24,000 nt of DNA from Duganella sacchari (lineage in GTDB: Bacteria; Pseudomonadota; Gammaproteobacteria; Burkholderiales; Burkholderiaceae_D): positions 336,349 to 360,348 of the forward strand of contig NZ_FRCX01000007.1 in assembly GCF_900143065.1 (NCBI RefSeq), given 5' to 3'. This document shows, piece after piece, positions 1 to 14,457 of the stretch. The first letter of the stretch is position 1. Every line of letters starts with the position of its first letter. The notes beneath the pieces are model-generated. The model searched no databases, had not been told where the DNA came from, and was given only the letters and a program-made list of their open reading frames with translations. The translations under genes were made by a program, and so were the position numbers.

Positions 1-1
1 G

Positions 2-88
2 TCGGCCTTGTACGCCTTTTCCGAAGTCCACACGCAGGAAGACATCGACCTGCTGTGCGCAACGCTTGAGAAAGTCCTCCAACAATGA
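2..88 (+). CDS. gcvPA: C-terminal fragment of a glycine dehydrogenase (decarboxylating) subunit 1-like protein (GcvPA type); 5' end lies outside the window
   Basis: A frame-2 ORF runs in from the left edge and ends SALYAFSEVHTQEDIDLLCATLEKVLQQ*. Its TGA (86-88) overlaps the next ATG (85-87) as ATGA. The position directly upstream of a GcvPB-type gene and the H-T-x-E-D-I-D-x-L tail fit a P-protein subunit 1 C-terminus. Only 28 codons are visible. Confidence 0.55.
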   Translation, partial: SALYAFSEVHTQEDIDLLCATLEKVLQQ

Positions 89-1671
89 ACGCCATGGATA
101 ACATCGCCACCCACCGCAAACAGCAGATGCGCCGCTACCATCAGGCGCGCTGGGACGAACCGGTTATTTTTGAATTGAGCCAGCCGGGTGAACGCGGCAT
201 TCTGGTGCCGGAAGTGGAGCCGGACATCGTGCGGGCTGCTGGCCAGCCGTTGGCGGGCCTGCCTGCGTCCATGCTGCGCCGGCAGGCACCCGCGCTACCG
301 GAGATGTCGCAGAACCGCGTGCTGCGGCATTATCTGCGGCTGTCGCAGGAAAATCTGGGCGCTGACCTTAATGTCGATGTCGGCCAGGGTACCTGCACGA
401 TGAAGTACAACCCGAAGATCAACGACCAACTGGCGCGTCAGCCGGGCATGGCGGAACTGCACCCGCGTCAGCCTGACAGCAGCGTGCAGGGCATGCTGGA
501 AGTGATCGACAAGCTGGAAGGCGTGATGTGCGAAGTGTCCGGCATGGATGCGGTGTCGCTGCAGCCGCGCGGCGGATCGCAAGCCATCTTCGCCAATATG
601 TCCATGGTGCGCGCCTGGCATGAGAGCCGTGGCGAAGCAGGGCAGCGCGATGAAGTGATTACCACCATCTTCTCGCATCCATCCGACGCGGCCTGCTCCA
701 AGCTGGTGGGCTACAAGGTGATTACGATTTACCCGGATGCGGACGGCTATCCCGACCTGGCAGCGCTGAAGGCCGCGGTGTCGCCGCGCACGGCGGCACT
801 GGTCATCACCAATCCTGAAGATACCGGCATTTTCAACAGCCGCATACGTGAGTTTGTGGACGCGGTGCACGCGGTGGGTGGCCTGTGCGTGTACGACCAG
901 GCCAATGCCAACGGTCTGCTGGGCATTGCCCGCGCAAGGGAAGCGGGCTTCGACCTGTGCCACTTCAACCTGCACAAGACCTTCGCCACGCCGCATGCGT
1001 GTGGTGGTCCCGCTGTCGGCGCGGTATGTTGTACGGCGGCGCTGGCGCCATTCCTGCCTGGTCCTCTGGTGCGTAGCAAGGAGGGCCGCTATCAGCTGGT
1101 GAGCGGCGCGCAGCAGTCCATCGGCAAGATCAGCAGCTTTGCCGGGGCTGCGTCCATCATGTTGCGCGCCTATGCCTGGGTTATGAGTCTGGGCGCGGAA
1201 GGTCTGAAGACGGTGTCCGAAATTGCGGTCCTCAATAACAACTACATGATGCACGAGCTGTTGAAGATCGACGGCATGGCTGCACCGTACGCACCGGGCA
1301 AGCGCCGTATCGAACAAGTACGCTACAGCTGGGCCGCGCTGACCGAAGCGACCGGTGTGACGTCGGAAGAAATCGGCCTGCGCGCGGCCGACTTTGGCGT
1401 GCATTACTGGACCAGCCACCACCCCTATCTGGTGCCGGAACCCGCCACCATCGAACCGACCGAGTCGTATTCGCGTGCCGATCTGGATGAATTCATCGGT
1501 GTGATGCGCCATATCGCTGGCGAGGCGCGCAGCAATCCGGAGCTGGTGAAGACCGCGCCGCATAACTGCCCCGTACATCGCGTGCAATGCGAGATGCTGG
1601 ATGATCCAGAGCGCTGGGGAATCACCTGGCGTGCCTATCAACGCAAGCTGGGCGAGCGCGGATTGGCATGA
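85..1671 (+). CDS. gcvPB: Glycine dehydrogenase (decarboxylating) subunit 2-like PLP enzyme (GcvPB family, motif-divergent paralogue)
   Basis: 528 aa. GcvPB hallmarks are present: GTCTMKYNPKIN, NLHKTF (PLP lysine), IEPTES and NNNYMM. The glycine-rich loop after the lysine reads PHACGGPAVGA rather than the canonical PHGGGGPG type. The SAHGTNPAS-type block reads FSHPSDAAC. ATGA overlaps link it to both neighbouring genes. Confidence 0.85.
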   Translation: MNAMDNIATHRKQQMRRYHQARWDEPVIFELSQPGERGILVPEVEPDIVRAAGQPLAGLPASMLRRQAPALPEMSQNRVLRHYLRLSQENLGADLNVDVGQGTCTMKYNPKINDQLARQPGMAELHPRQPDSSVQGMLEVIDKLEGVMCEVSGMDAVSLQPRGGSQAIFANMSMVRAWHESRGEAGQRDEVITTIFSHPSDAACSKLVGYKVITIYPDADGYPDLAALKAAVSPRTAALVITNPEDTGIFNSRIREFVDAVHAVGGLCVYDQANANGLLGIARAREAGFDLCHFNLHKTFATPHACGGPAVGAVCCTAALAPFLPGPLVRSKEGRYQLVSGAQQSIGKISSFAGAASIMLRAYAWVMSLGAEGLKTVSEIAVLNNNYMMHELLKIDGMAAPYAPGKRRIEQVRYSWAALTEATGVTSEEIGLRAADFGVHYWTSHHPYLVPEPATIEPTESYSRADLDEFIGVMRHIAGEARSNPELVKTAPHNCPVHRVQCEMLDDPERWGITWRAYQRKLGERGLA

Positions 1672-2801
1672 AGATAGGACTGGTGGCCAATCCCTGGGCC
1701 GGCATCGGCGGCCCGGCAGGGCTCAAGGGCTCGGACGGCGCCGGCAGTGTGCAGGCGGCGCTGGCCGCGCACAGCCTGCCGCAGGTGCCCGCGCGTCTGG
1801 CTGCCATGTTTGCGGCCTGCGGCGAAACGGCAAGCGCTATCGACTGGTACACCGCCGATGGCGCCATGGGGTGGACCGCGTTGCAGGCGGCAGGCTTGCA
1901 GGCCAGTGCCGTGGTGCCGGTCAGCGAACCGTCGCAAGCAGCGGACACGCGCCGCGCCAGTGGCATTCTGGCCGGGATGGGCATTGATCTGCTGCTGTTC
2001 GCCGGCGGCGACGGCACGGCGCGCGATGTGCTGGATGGCCTGCATGACGCTGGCGCAGTGGGCCGCCTGCCTGTATTGGGGCTGCCGGCTGGCGTCAAGA
2101 TGCAGTCGGCGGTGTTTGCTAACCACCCGACGGCGGCAGGGCTGCTGCTCCGCCAGTTGCAGCAAAACGGTCTGGCGGTATGCGCCGATGCCGAGGTGAT
2201 GGACCTGGACGAAGATGCACTGCGCAGCGGAGAGATCTCGCCGCGCTTGTATGGATACCTGCAGATCCCGCTGGCGCCGACGCTGACCCAGGGAGGCAAA
2301 GCCCGTCACGTCAGCGGCAGCGGTGCGCAGCGCATGGCCATCGCCCGCAGCTTTGCGGAAAGGATGGAAGCCCGTTCGCTCTACCTGATCGGGCCGGGCA
2401 CGACCACCCAGGCGTTGCTGGCGCTGCTGGGCGTCGAGGGGACTTTGCTTGGCGTGGATGCGGTGCTGGGAGATGGCACCTTGCTGGCGCGTGACGCCAC
2501 GCGCCGCGAGTTGGAAGATCTGGCTGGCGACTGGCAGGCATCGCTGCATCTGGTGCTGTCGCCGATAGGAGGGCAGGGAATGGTGCTGGGAAGGGGAAAC
2601 CAGCAGATTTCACCGCGCCTGTTGCGTGCGGCCGGCCGCCACGGCCTGCATGTGCTGGCGCCACCGGACAAGCTGATGTCGCTGCACGGTGGCGTGCTGC
2701 GTATCGATAGCGGCGACGCCGAACTCGATGCGCAATTCAGTGGGTATTTGCCGGTCACCACCGGCTATCGGGAACAGACCATGTGGCCTGTCTCGGTGTA
2801 G
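1668..2801 (+). CDS. ATP-NAD kinase family protein (COG3199, AcoX-like), function unknown
   Basis: 377 aa. The N-terminus MKIGLVANPWAGIGG, the GGDGT motif (LLLFAGGDGTARDV) and LPAGVKMQSAVFA are typical of the NAD-kinase/diacylglycerol-kinase fold and of AcoX-type proteins. The ATG at 1668 overlaps the gcvPB-like TGA (1669-1671). Confidence 0.8.
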   Translation: MKIGLVANPWAGIGGPAGLKGSDGAGSVQAALAAHSLPQVPARLAAMFAACGETASAIDWYTADGAMGWTALQAAGLQASAVVPVSEPSQAADTRRASGILAGMGIDLLLFAGGDGTARDVLDGLHDAGAVGRLPVLGLPAGVKMQSAVFANHPTAAGLLLRQLQQNGLAVCADAEVMDLDEDALRSGEISPRLYGYLQIPLAPTLTQGGKARHVSGSGAQRMAIARSFAERMEARSLYLIGPGTTTQALLALLGVEGTLLGVDAVLGDGTLLARDATRRELEDLAGDWQASLHLVLSPIGGQGMVLGRGNQQISPRLLRAAGRHGLHVLAPPDKLMSLHGGVLRIDSGDAELDAQFSGYLPVTTGYREQTMWPVSV

Positions 2802-2838
2802 TGGCAGTAATCATAACGATAAAGATCAGGAGACTCAG

Positions 2839-5349
2839 ATGAGACAAAAAACAGGGCTGACGCTTTCGGTTGCGACGCTGGCGCAACTGGCAGCCATGCA
2901 TGGCGCGCAGGCGCAAACCGCACCGGAAGCGGCGGCGGTCAACGACAAGGGCGCGGTCGTGCCGGAAGTCGTGGTGACCGGTACCACCGCCAGGAACCGT
3001 ACCAAGCTGGAATCGTCGGTGGCGATTACCACGGTGGACCAGGCCAAGCTGGAAAAGCTGGCGCCGCACAGTCTTGCCGACTCGCTGCAGCAGGTGCCCG
3101 GCTTGTGGGTGGAAGCCTCCGGCGGCGAGGTATCGAATAATGTGTCGCCGCGCGGGCTGAGTGGCGGCGCAGCGTTCCAGTTCATCAGCCTTCAGGAAGA
3201 CGGCCTGCCGGTGATTTACGACGGCGAACTGGTGGACGTGTTGATGCGCGAGGACGTTACCATCAAACGCTTTGAAGCGATTCGTGGCGGCACCTCGGCT
3301 ATTCTGTCCACCAACGGCCCGGCCGCCATTGTCAACTTCATCAGCCAGAAAGGCACGCAGAAGCCGCAAGGCGAAGTGAAGGTCACCGTCAGCGATTACG
3401 GTATGGTACGCACGGAAGGCGTGTATTCGGGACCGATCAACGATGACTGGACCTACGCTGCGGGCGGTTACTACCGCGAGGGCAAGGGCGTTCGGCCTAT
3501 CGGCATTACCGCCGACCACGGCGGCCAGTTCCGCTTGAACCTGACGCGCAAGCTGGAAGGCGGCGAGTTGAATCTGTCGGCCAAGTACGTCAATGACCAC
3601 AACACCTTCTATCTGCCTATTCCGCTGACCAATCCAGGTAATCCCACCGGCGTGCCGGGCGTCGATCCGCATTACGGCTCGCTGGATGGTCCGGATGTCG
3701 CGCATATCCGCAACCAGACCACCAACGGCGTGATCGACACCAACCTCAATACCGGCTTCCACGTGCTGGCCAAGGTGTTTGGCGCGGACCTGCAGCATGA
3801 GCTGGGTGGCGACTGGTCGTTCCGTAACAATGCGCGCTATACCCGCTATGACGTGGCGCCGCATTCCGTGTTCAATGGACCAAACAGCTATCTGGTCCGC
3901 GCCAGTAATCGCCTCGATCCCAAGCAGTCCAGCGATGTGGCGGAATTGCTCAAGCGTTTTGGCGGCACGGCGAAACTGGCGTACGCCGGCACTGGCCAGA
4001 TCATCAATGATCCATCGACCCTGAATGGCAATGGCTTCACCACGGACGCTGTGGCGGAGACGCGCTTCCGTTCCCTGGGCCACTTCATCGACAAGCTGTC
4101 GGTGACCAACGAGAATAGCAAGAACAGCTTCACGGCCGGCGTCCTGTTCGCGTCGCAGAAGCTGTATGACGATTCCGATTACGGCGCCCGCATCATCACC
4201 GATGTGCGCGACCAGCCTAGCCGCCTGGATATCGTCGCGGTCGATGCCAGCAACAAGATCCTCGGCTACCTGTCGGACAAGGGCGTGCTGCGCAACGGCT
4301 ACTTCTACGAGCGCCACAAAGGTGACATGAAGTCGCTGTCCTATTTCGTCAATGACGAGTGGAAGGTGAGCGACAAGCTGCGCCTTGACGCTGGCGTGCG
4401 TTACGAAGTCGCACGCTATGACGTGCAGGACGAAGGCGTGCAGGCTGCCGGCGACGATCTGCCGGGCGATAGTCTGACCGGTGGCGCAATCATTCCGGGC
4501 GCGCTGAATCCGGATGGCAGCGACAAGGACAACATCATCGCCAACAACTACATGCGCCGTGCAGGTACTGGCGTGTGGACGCGCAAGCAGAAGACCATCA
4601 AGGAAGCGTCGTACACGGCCGGCTTCAATTACGCCTTCAACGACCACGTGGCGACCTATGGCCGCTACGCCAGCGGCACCAATATGCCGACCTTGTACAG
4701 CACCGACAGTTTCGTCGATGGCGCCAGCCGTCTGAGTTTCACCGAAGCGGGCGTACGCTACATCTCGCCGTTCTGGACCACCTCGGCGACGCTGTTCCAC
4801 ACCAAGTTCGATAACCTGTCGTTCGGTGAAACCGACCAGGCTACCGGTAACTTCCGCCAGGTCTTCGTCAAAACGCTGTCCACCGGTGTGGAGCTGGAAG
4901 GTGTCGTCAACCTGCACAAGCGCTTCTCGCTGGAGTATGTGGCGACCCTGCAGAAAGCCACCATCGACGGCATTGATCCAAACGCGGAAGAGGCCAAGCA
5001 GAACGGCAACCAGGTAATGCGGACGCCAAATACGCAAGTGCGCCTGATTCCGACCGTGCACTTTGACTTCGGCGATGTGTTCCTGGTCTACAGCCATATC
5101 GGCAAGCGCTTTGCCGACTTTGAAAATGCGCTGGCGCTGCCTGCCTACCACGTGATCGACATGGGTGCGGAAATCCACCTCGATAAGAAGTGGAAGCTGA
5201 ATCTCAAGGTGAACAACCTGACCAACGAGATCGGCCTCACCGAGGGCAACCCACGTAGCGGCTTCAATCAAAGTTCGAACGGCAGCCTGTTCTACGCACG
5301 GCCTATCCTGGGGCGCAATGCCACGGCCGCGCTGTCTTACCGCTTCTGA
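2839..5349 (+). CDS. TonB-dependent outer-membrane receptor (no N-terminal signalling extension)
   Basis: 836 aa from ATG 2839, with SD AGGAG at 2828-2832 and a 6-nt spacer. Signal peptide MRQKTGLTLSVATLAQLAAMHGAQAQ/T. TonB-box-like VVPEVVVTG. Plug-domain motifs are present (SVAITTVDQ, VPGLWVE, IKRFEAIRGGTS). A long beta-barrel ends in the typical aromatic terminus LSYRF. The track ORF start at 2689 would add 50 non-signal residues overlapping the upstream gene, so I rejected it. Confidence 0.9.
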   Translation: MRQKTGLTLSVATLAQLAAMHGAQAQTAPEAAAVNDKGAVVPEVVVTGTTARNRTKLESSVAITTVDQAKLEKLAPHSLADSLQQVPGLWVEASGGEVSNNVSPRGLSGGAAFQFISLQEDGLPVIYDGELVDVLMREDVTIKRFEAIRGGTSAILSTNGPAAIVNFISQKGTQKPQGEVKVTVSDYGMVRTEGVYSGPINDDWTYAAGGYYREGKGVRPIGITADHGGQFRLNLTRKLEGGELNLSAKYVNDHNTFYLPIPLTNPGNPTGVPGVDPHYGSLDGPDVAHIRNQTTNGVIDTNLNTGFHVLAKVFGADLQHELGGDWSFRNNARYTRYDVAPHSVFNGPNSYLVRASNRLDPKQSSDVAELLKRFGGTAKLAYAGTGQIINDPSTLNGNGFTTDAVAETRFRSLGHFIDKLSVTNENSKNSFTAGVLFASQKLYDDSDYGARIITDVRDQPSRLDIVAVDASNKILGYLSDKGVLRNGYFYERHKGDMKSLSYFVNDEWKVSDKLRLDAGVRYEVARYDVQDEGVQAAGDDLPGDSLTGGAIIPGALNPDGSDKDNIIANNYMRRAGTGVWTRKQKTIKEASYTAGFNYAFNDHVATYGRYASGTNMPTLYSTDSFVDGASRLSFTEAGVRYISPFWTTSATLFHTKFDNLSFGETDQATGNFRQVFVKTLSTGVELEGVVNLHKRFSLEYVATLQKATIDGIDPNAEEAKQNGNQVMRTPNTQVRLIPTVHFDFGDVFLVYSHIGKRFADFENALALPAYHVIDMGAEIHLDKKWKLNLKVNNLTNEIGLTEGNPRSGFNQSSNGSLFYARPILGRNATAALSYRF

Positions 5350-5358
5350 TGTATCCGG

Positions 5359-5392
5359 GGCCGGACGTGTGTAGCGTCCGGCCTTGTCGTGT
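5359..5392 (+). terminator. Rho-independent terminator after the TBDR gene
   Basis: Perfect 9-bp GC-rich stem GGCCGGACG (5359-5367) / CGTCCGGCC (5375-5383) with a 7-nt loop tgtgtag. It is followed by the T-rich tail ttgtcgtgtt and lies 10 nt after the stop codon. Confidence 0.6.
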
Positions 5393-5425
5393 TACCCTTC
5401 CTTCAACTTGTTCTCATTCCCGCTT

Positions 5426-12488
<7,063 letters not shown>

Positions 12489-13268
12489 TTATGCCGATCC
12501 GGCCAGGCCGCCGCCATCCACCACCAGCGCGTCGCCGGTGACGAAGGAGGCACGGTCAGAAGCGAGGAACAGGACTGCTTGTGCGATCTCGGGCGGCTGG
12601 CCGACGCGCATCAACGGGCGGCCTGCGCCGGCTGCGACCAGTGCGGTTTCTTCCAGCCCCAGTTGATGCGCTTCGTTGCGCAGCATGGGCGTATCGGTGT
12701 CGCCAGGGCAGACGCAGTTGACGCGGATGTTTTGCGGGCCGTGGTCCACCGCCATGGCCTTGGTCATGATGACCACCGCACCTTTCGACGCGCAGTAGGA
12801 AACGGCATCCTTGCCGCCCACCAGGCCCCAGCCGGAGGCGGTGTTGATGATGCTACCGCTGCCTTGCTGCTGCATCACCGGCACGGCGTATTTGGACATC
12901 AGGAATATCGATTTGACGTTGACGGCCATGACCTGATCCCATTCCTGTTCGGTGGTATCGATCACGTTGGCGCGGCGGGTGATGCCGGCGTTGTTGAACA
13001 GGACGTCGAGACGGCCGTAGCGCGACTGCGCGGCAGCCACTGCTGCCGCGCAGTCGGCGGCGACAGCCACATCGGTGCGGATGAAGGAAGCGCGGGCGCC
13101 GGTGGCGATGATCGCGGCCACCGCCAGTTCGCCGGCGGCGCTGTCGCGGTCCGCGATCAGCACCGTGGCGCCTTCACGCGCAAACAATTCCGCGGTGGCG
13201 CGGCCAATGCCGGAAGCGCCGCCCGTCACCAATGCCACCTTGCCTGCCAGTTCGCCTTGCTGTTGCAT
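12489..13268 (-). CDS. Short-chain dehydrogenase/reductase (classical SDR), substrate unknown
   Basis: 259 aa. Motifs present: cofactor motif TGGASGIGRA, NNAG, and catalytic S...YCASK. ATG at 13268 with SD GGAGA (13276-13280 on the complement). It is the first gene of the SDR-ebgA-ebgC-permease operon. Confidence 0.9.
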   Translation of the reverse strand: MQQQGELAGKVALVTGGASGIGRATAELFAREGATVLIADRDSAAGELAVAAIIATGARASFIRTDVAVAADCAAAVAAAQSRYGRLDVLFNNAGITRRANVIDTTEQEWDQVMAVNVKSIFLMSKYAVPVMQQQGSGSIINTASGWGLVGGKDAVSYCASKGAVVIMTKAMAVDHGPQNIRVNCVCPGDTDTPMLRNEAHQLGLEETALVAAGAGRPLMRVGQPPEIAQAVLFLASDRASFVTGDALVVDGGGLAGSA

Positions 13269-13287
13269 AGTGCTGTCTCCATTGTAT

Positions 13288-13309
13288 GAGTTATAGCTGA
13301 GTTATAGCT
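13288..13309. repeat. Perfect tandem duplication of an 11-bp unit (GAGTTATAGCT x2) in the promoter/leader region of the SDR-ebgAC operon
   Basis: Read directly: 13288-13298 is identical to 13299-13309. On the operon strand the repeat reads AGCTATAACTC AGCTATAACTC. Each unit contains TATAAC (5/6 match to a -10 hexamer). The repeat ends 19 nt upstream of the SDR ATG. Confidence 0.9.
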
Positions 13310-13346
13310 TCATCTTGCCCGTTTTTGAGCCTGACTGACAAATGAA

Positions 13347-13376
13347 TAGTCTGCATGGCATGCATAAGACAGACTA
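13347..13376. promoter_or_regulatory. Inverted repeat TAGTCTG-N16-CAGACTA enclosing the GCATGC/ATGCAT palindromes; candidate operator
   Basis: Read directly in the relatively AT-rich 260-bp divergent intergenic region. The 7-bp arms are at 13347-13353 and 13370-13376. The spacer catggcatgcataaga contains the self-complementary hexamers GCATGC and ATGCAT. Another ATGCAT follows at 13377-13382. No function has been demonstrated. Confidence 0.3.
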
Positions 13377-13528
13377 ATGCATATTGGGACCGCCGTAGAA
13401 TGTAAAGCATGCGCGCAGTTGATGGATAGCGACGCCATGCAAGGCAGGCTTGGCGCTATTGACCGGGTGTGCTAAATTTCTATGATTATTTGATAAGCTT
13501 GCGCACTTCACTCACGGTCAACTACAAC

Positions 13529-13996
13529 ATGAAAATAGACCAGATTCGCTACATCCTGATCGGCGGCCTCGTGGCCGGCGCCCTGGACATTACGTTTGCC
13601 ATTTCCTTTGCCGCGTTTAACGGCACGCCGCCCTTGCAACTGCTGCGCATCGTGGCCAGTGGCGCTTTCGGCAAGGCAGCGTTGAATGGCGGCCTGCCGA
13701 TGGCCGCGTTTGGACTGGTGGCGCACTTTGTGTTGTCGCTGGGCTGGGCCGGCGTGTACCTGCTGCTGGTCCAGCTGAAGCCGCCGCTGGTGCGGCATGC
13801 GGTCATCTACGGCATTCTGTTCGGCATCGTGGTGTTCTTCGCCATGCGGCTGGTGGTGTTGCCGGCATCGGCATTCCCGTTCCCGGTGCGTTTCAAGCCG
13901 CTGGCGACGGCGCTGGATCTGATGTCCCATATGTTCCTGTTTGGCGTGCCGATCGCCCTGGCGACGCGCAAGGCGGTTAAACTACACGCCACTTAG
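13529..13996 (+). CDS. Hypothetical small integral membrane protein (about 4 TM segments)
   Basis: 155 aa from ATG 13529. The track GTG at 13469 adds 20 non-hydrophobic residues in AT-rich DNA. There are four hydrophobic stretches (ILIGGLVAGALDITFAISFAAF, MAAFGLVAHFVLSLGWAGVYLLLV, VIYGILFGIVVFFAMRLVVL, LDLMSHMFLFGVPIALA). The codon usage looks GC3-rich and coding-like. No strong SD, and I do not recognise the family. Confidence 0.6.
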   Translation: MKIDQIRYILIGGLVAGALDITFAISFAAFNGTPPLQLLRIVASGAFGKAALNGGLPMAAFGLVAHFVLSLGWAGVYLLLVQLKPPLVRHAVIYGILFGIVVFFAMRLVVLPASAFPFPVRFKPLATALDLMSHMFLFGVPIALATRKAVKLHAT

Positions 13997-14014
13997 AACG
14001 GATAAGGTGCGACC

Positions 14015-14365
14015 ATGGCTTGGCTGATAACGAAGTATTTGCTGACGTCAGCCGTGGTGATCGCGGTCTCCGAATTTGCCAAACGCAGCGACAAGCTGGG
14101 CGCGCTGATTGCCGCGCTGCCGCTGGTGACGCTGCTGGCACTGGTCTGGCTGCATGTCGAAAACCAGAGCGAGCAGAAGATTGCGAATCACGCCTGGTAC
14201 ACCTTCTGGTACGTGGTGCCGACCTTGCCGATGTTTCTGGCGTTTCCCGCCTTGCTGCCGCGCCTGGGATTCTGGGGCAGCCTGCTGGCCTGCATTGCGG
14301 TAACGATTGTGTCGTTCGGCCTGTTTGCGCTGGTCGTGCGCCGCTTCGGCATCGAGCTGCTCTGA
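14015..14365 (+). CDS. DUF3147-family small membrane protein
   Basis: 116 aa. The pattern LITKYLLTSAVVIAVSEFAKRS..LGALIAALPLVTLLALVWL matches what I recall of DUF3147 proteins. It lies 18 nt after the previous gene, with an SD-like AAGGTG at 14004-14009. Confidence 0.7.
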   Translation: MAWLITKYLLTSAVVIAVSEFAKRSDKLGALIAALPLVTLLALVWLHVENQSEQKIANHAWYTFWYVVPTLPMFLAFPALLPRLGFWGSLLACIAVTIVSFGLFALVVRRFGIELL

Positions 14366-14457
14366 CGGCGGATAGAGGGGGAAAAACCGCTGTATTCCCC
14401 GCTTTAGTGCAACCGTCCATATTGCATACTATGTAATACCCAAGACGGAATCTCACT

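Noticed and set aside
295-1641. 448-aa minus-strand ORF antisense to the gcvPB-like gene. Similar long antisense ORFs occur at 1638-2549, 2755-5271, 7951-8829, 9633-10415, 12432-13289, 14479-15366, 18409-19653, 20187-21155, 21391-22488, 22065-23309 and 23279-23965.
   Set aside because: These are typical shadow ORFs of high-GC DNA. Each is fully embedded opposite a gene with clear family motifs. Their translations are low-complexity and rich in R, A, G, H and Q, with no recognisable motifs. They have no SD sequences.
2689-2838. Upstream extensions offered by the ORF track: 2689 for the TBDR, TTG 5384 for GH63, GTG 9080 for the permease, GTG 13469 for the membrane protein, 15734 for PotF and 17814 for SixA.
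   Set aside because: In each case a downstream ATG gives a proper signal peptide or the family N-terminus, and usually has an SD. The extensions overlap upstream genes or terminators and add non-homologous residues.
13377-13475. 32-codon plus-strand ORF (MHIGTAVECKACAQLMDSDAMQGRLGAIDRVC) in the SDR/membrane-protein intergenic region.
   Set aside because: There is no SD, its codon composition is atypical for this genome, and it overlaps the palindromic candidate operator region. I have no supporting evidence for translation.
14366-14457. Searched upstream of the FliD-like gene for a sigma-28 (TAAA-N15-GCCGATAA) or sigma-54 (GG-N10-GC) promoter. Also noted a small hairpin GGGGAA-N11-TTCCCC (14379-14401) after the DUF3147 gene.
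   Set aside because: No acceptable match to either promoter consensus. The hairpin has only 6 bp with an 11-nt loop and a weak T tail, which is too weak to call a terminator.
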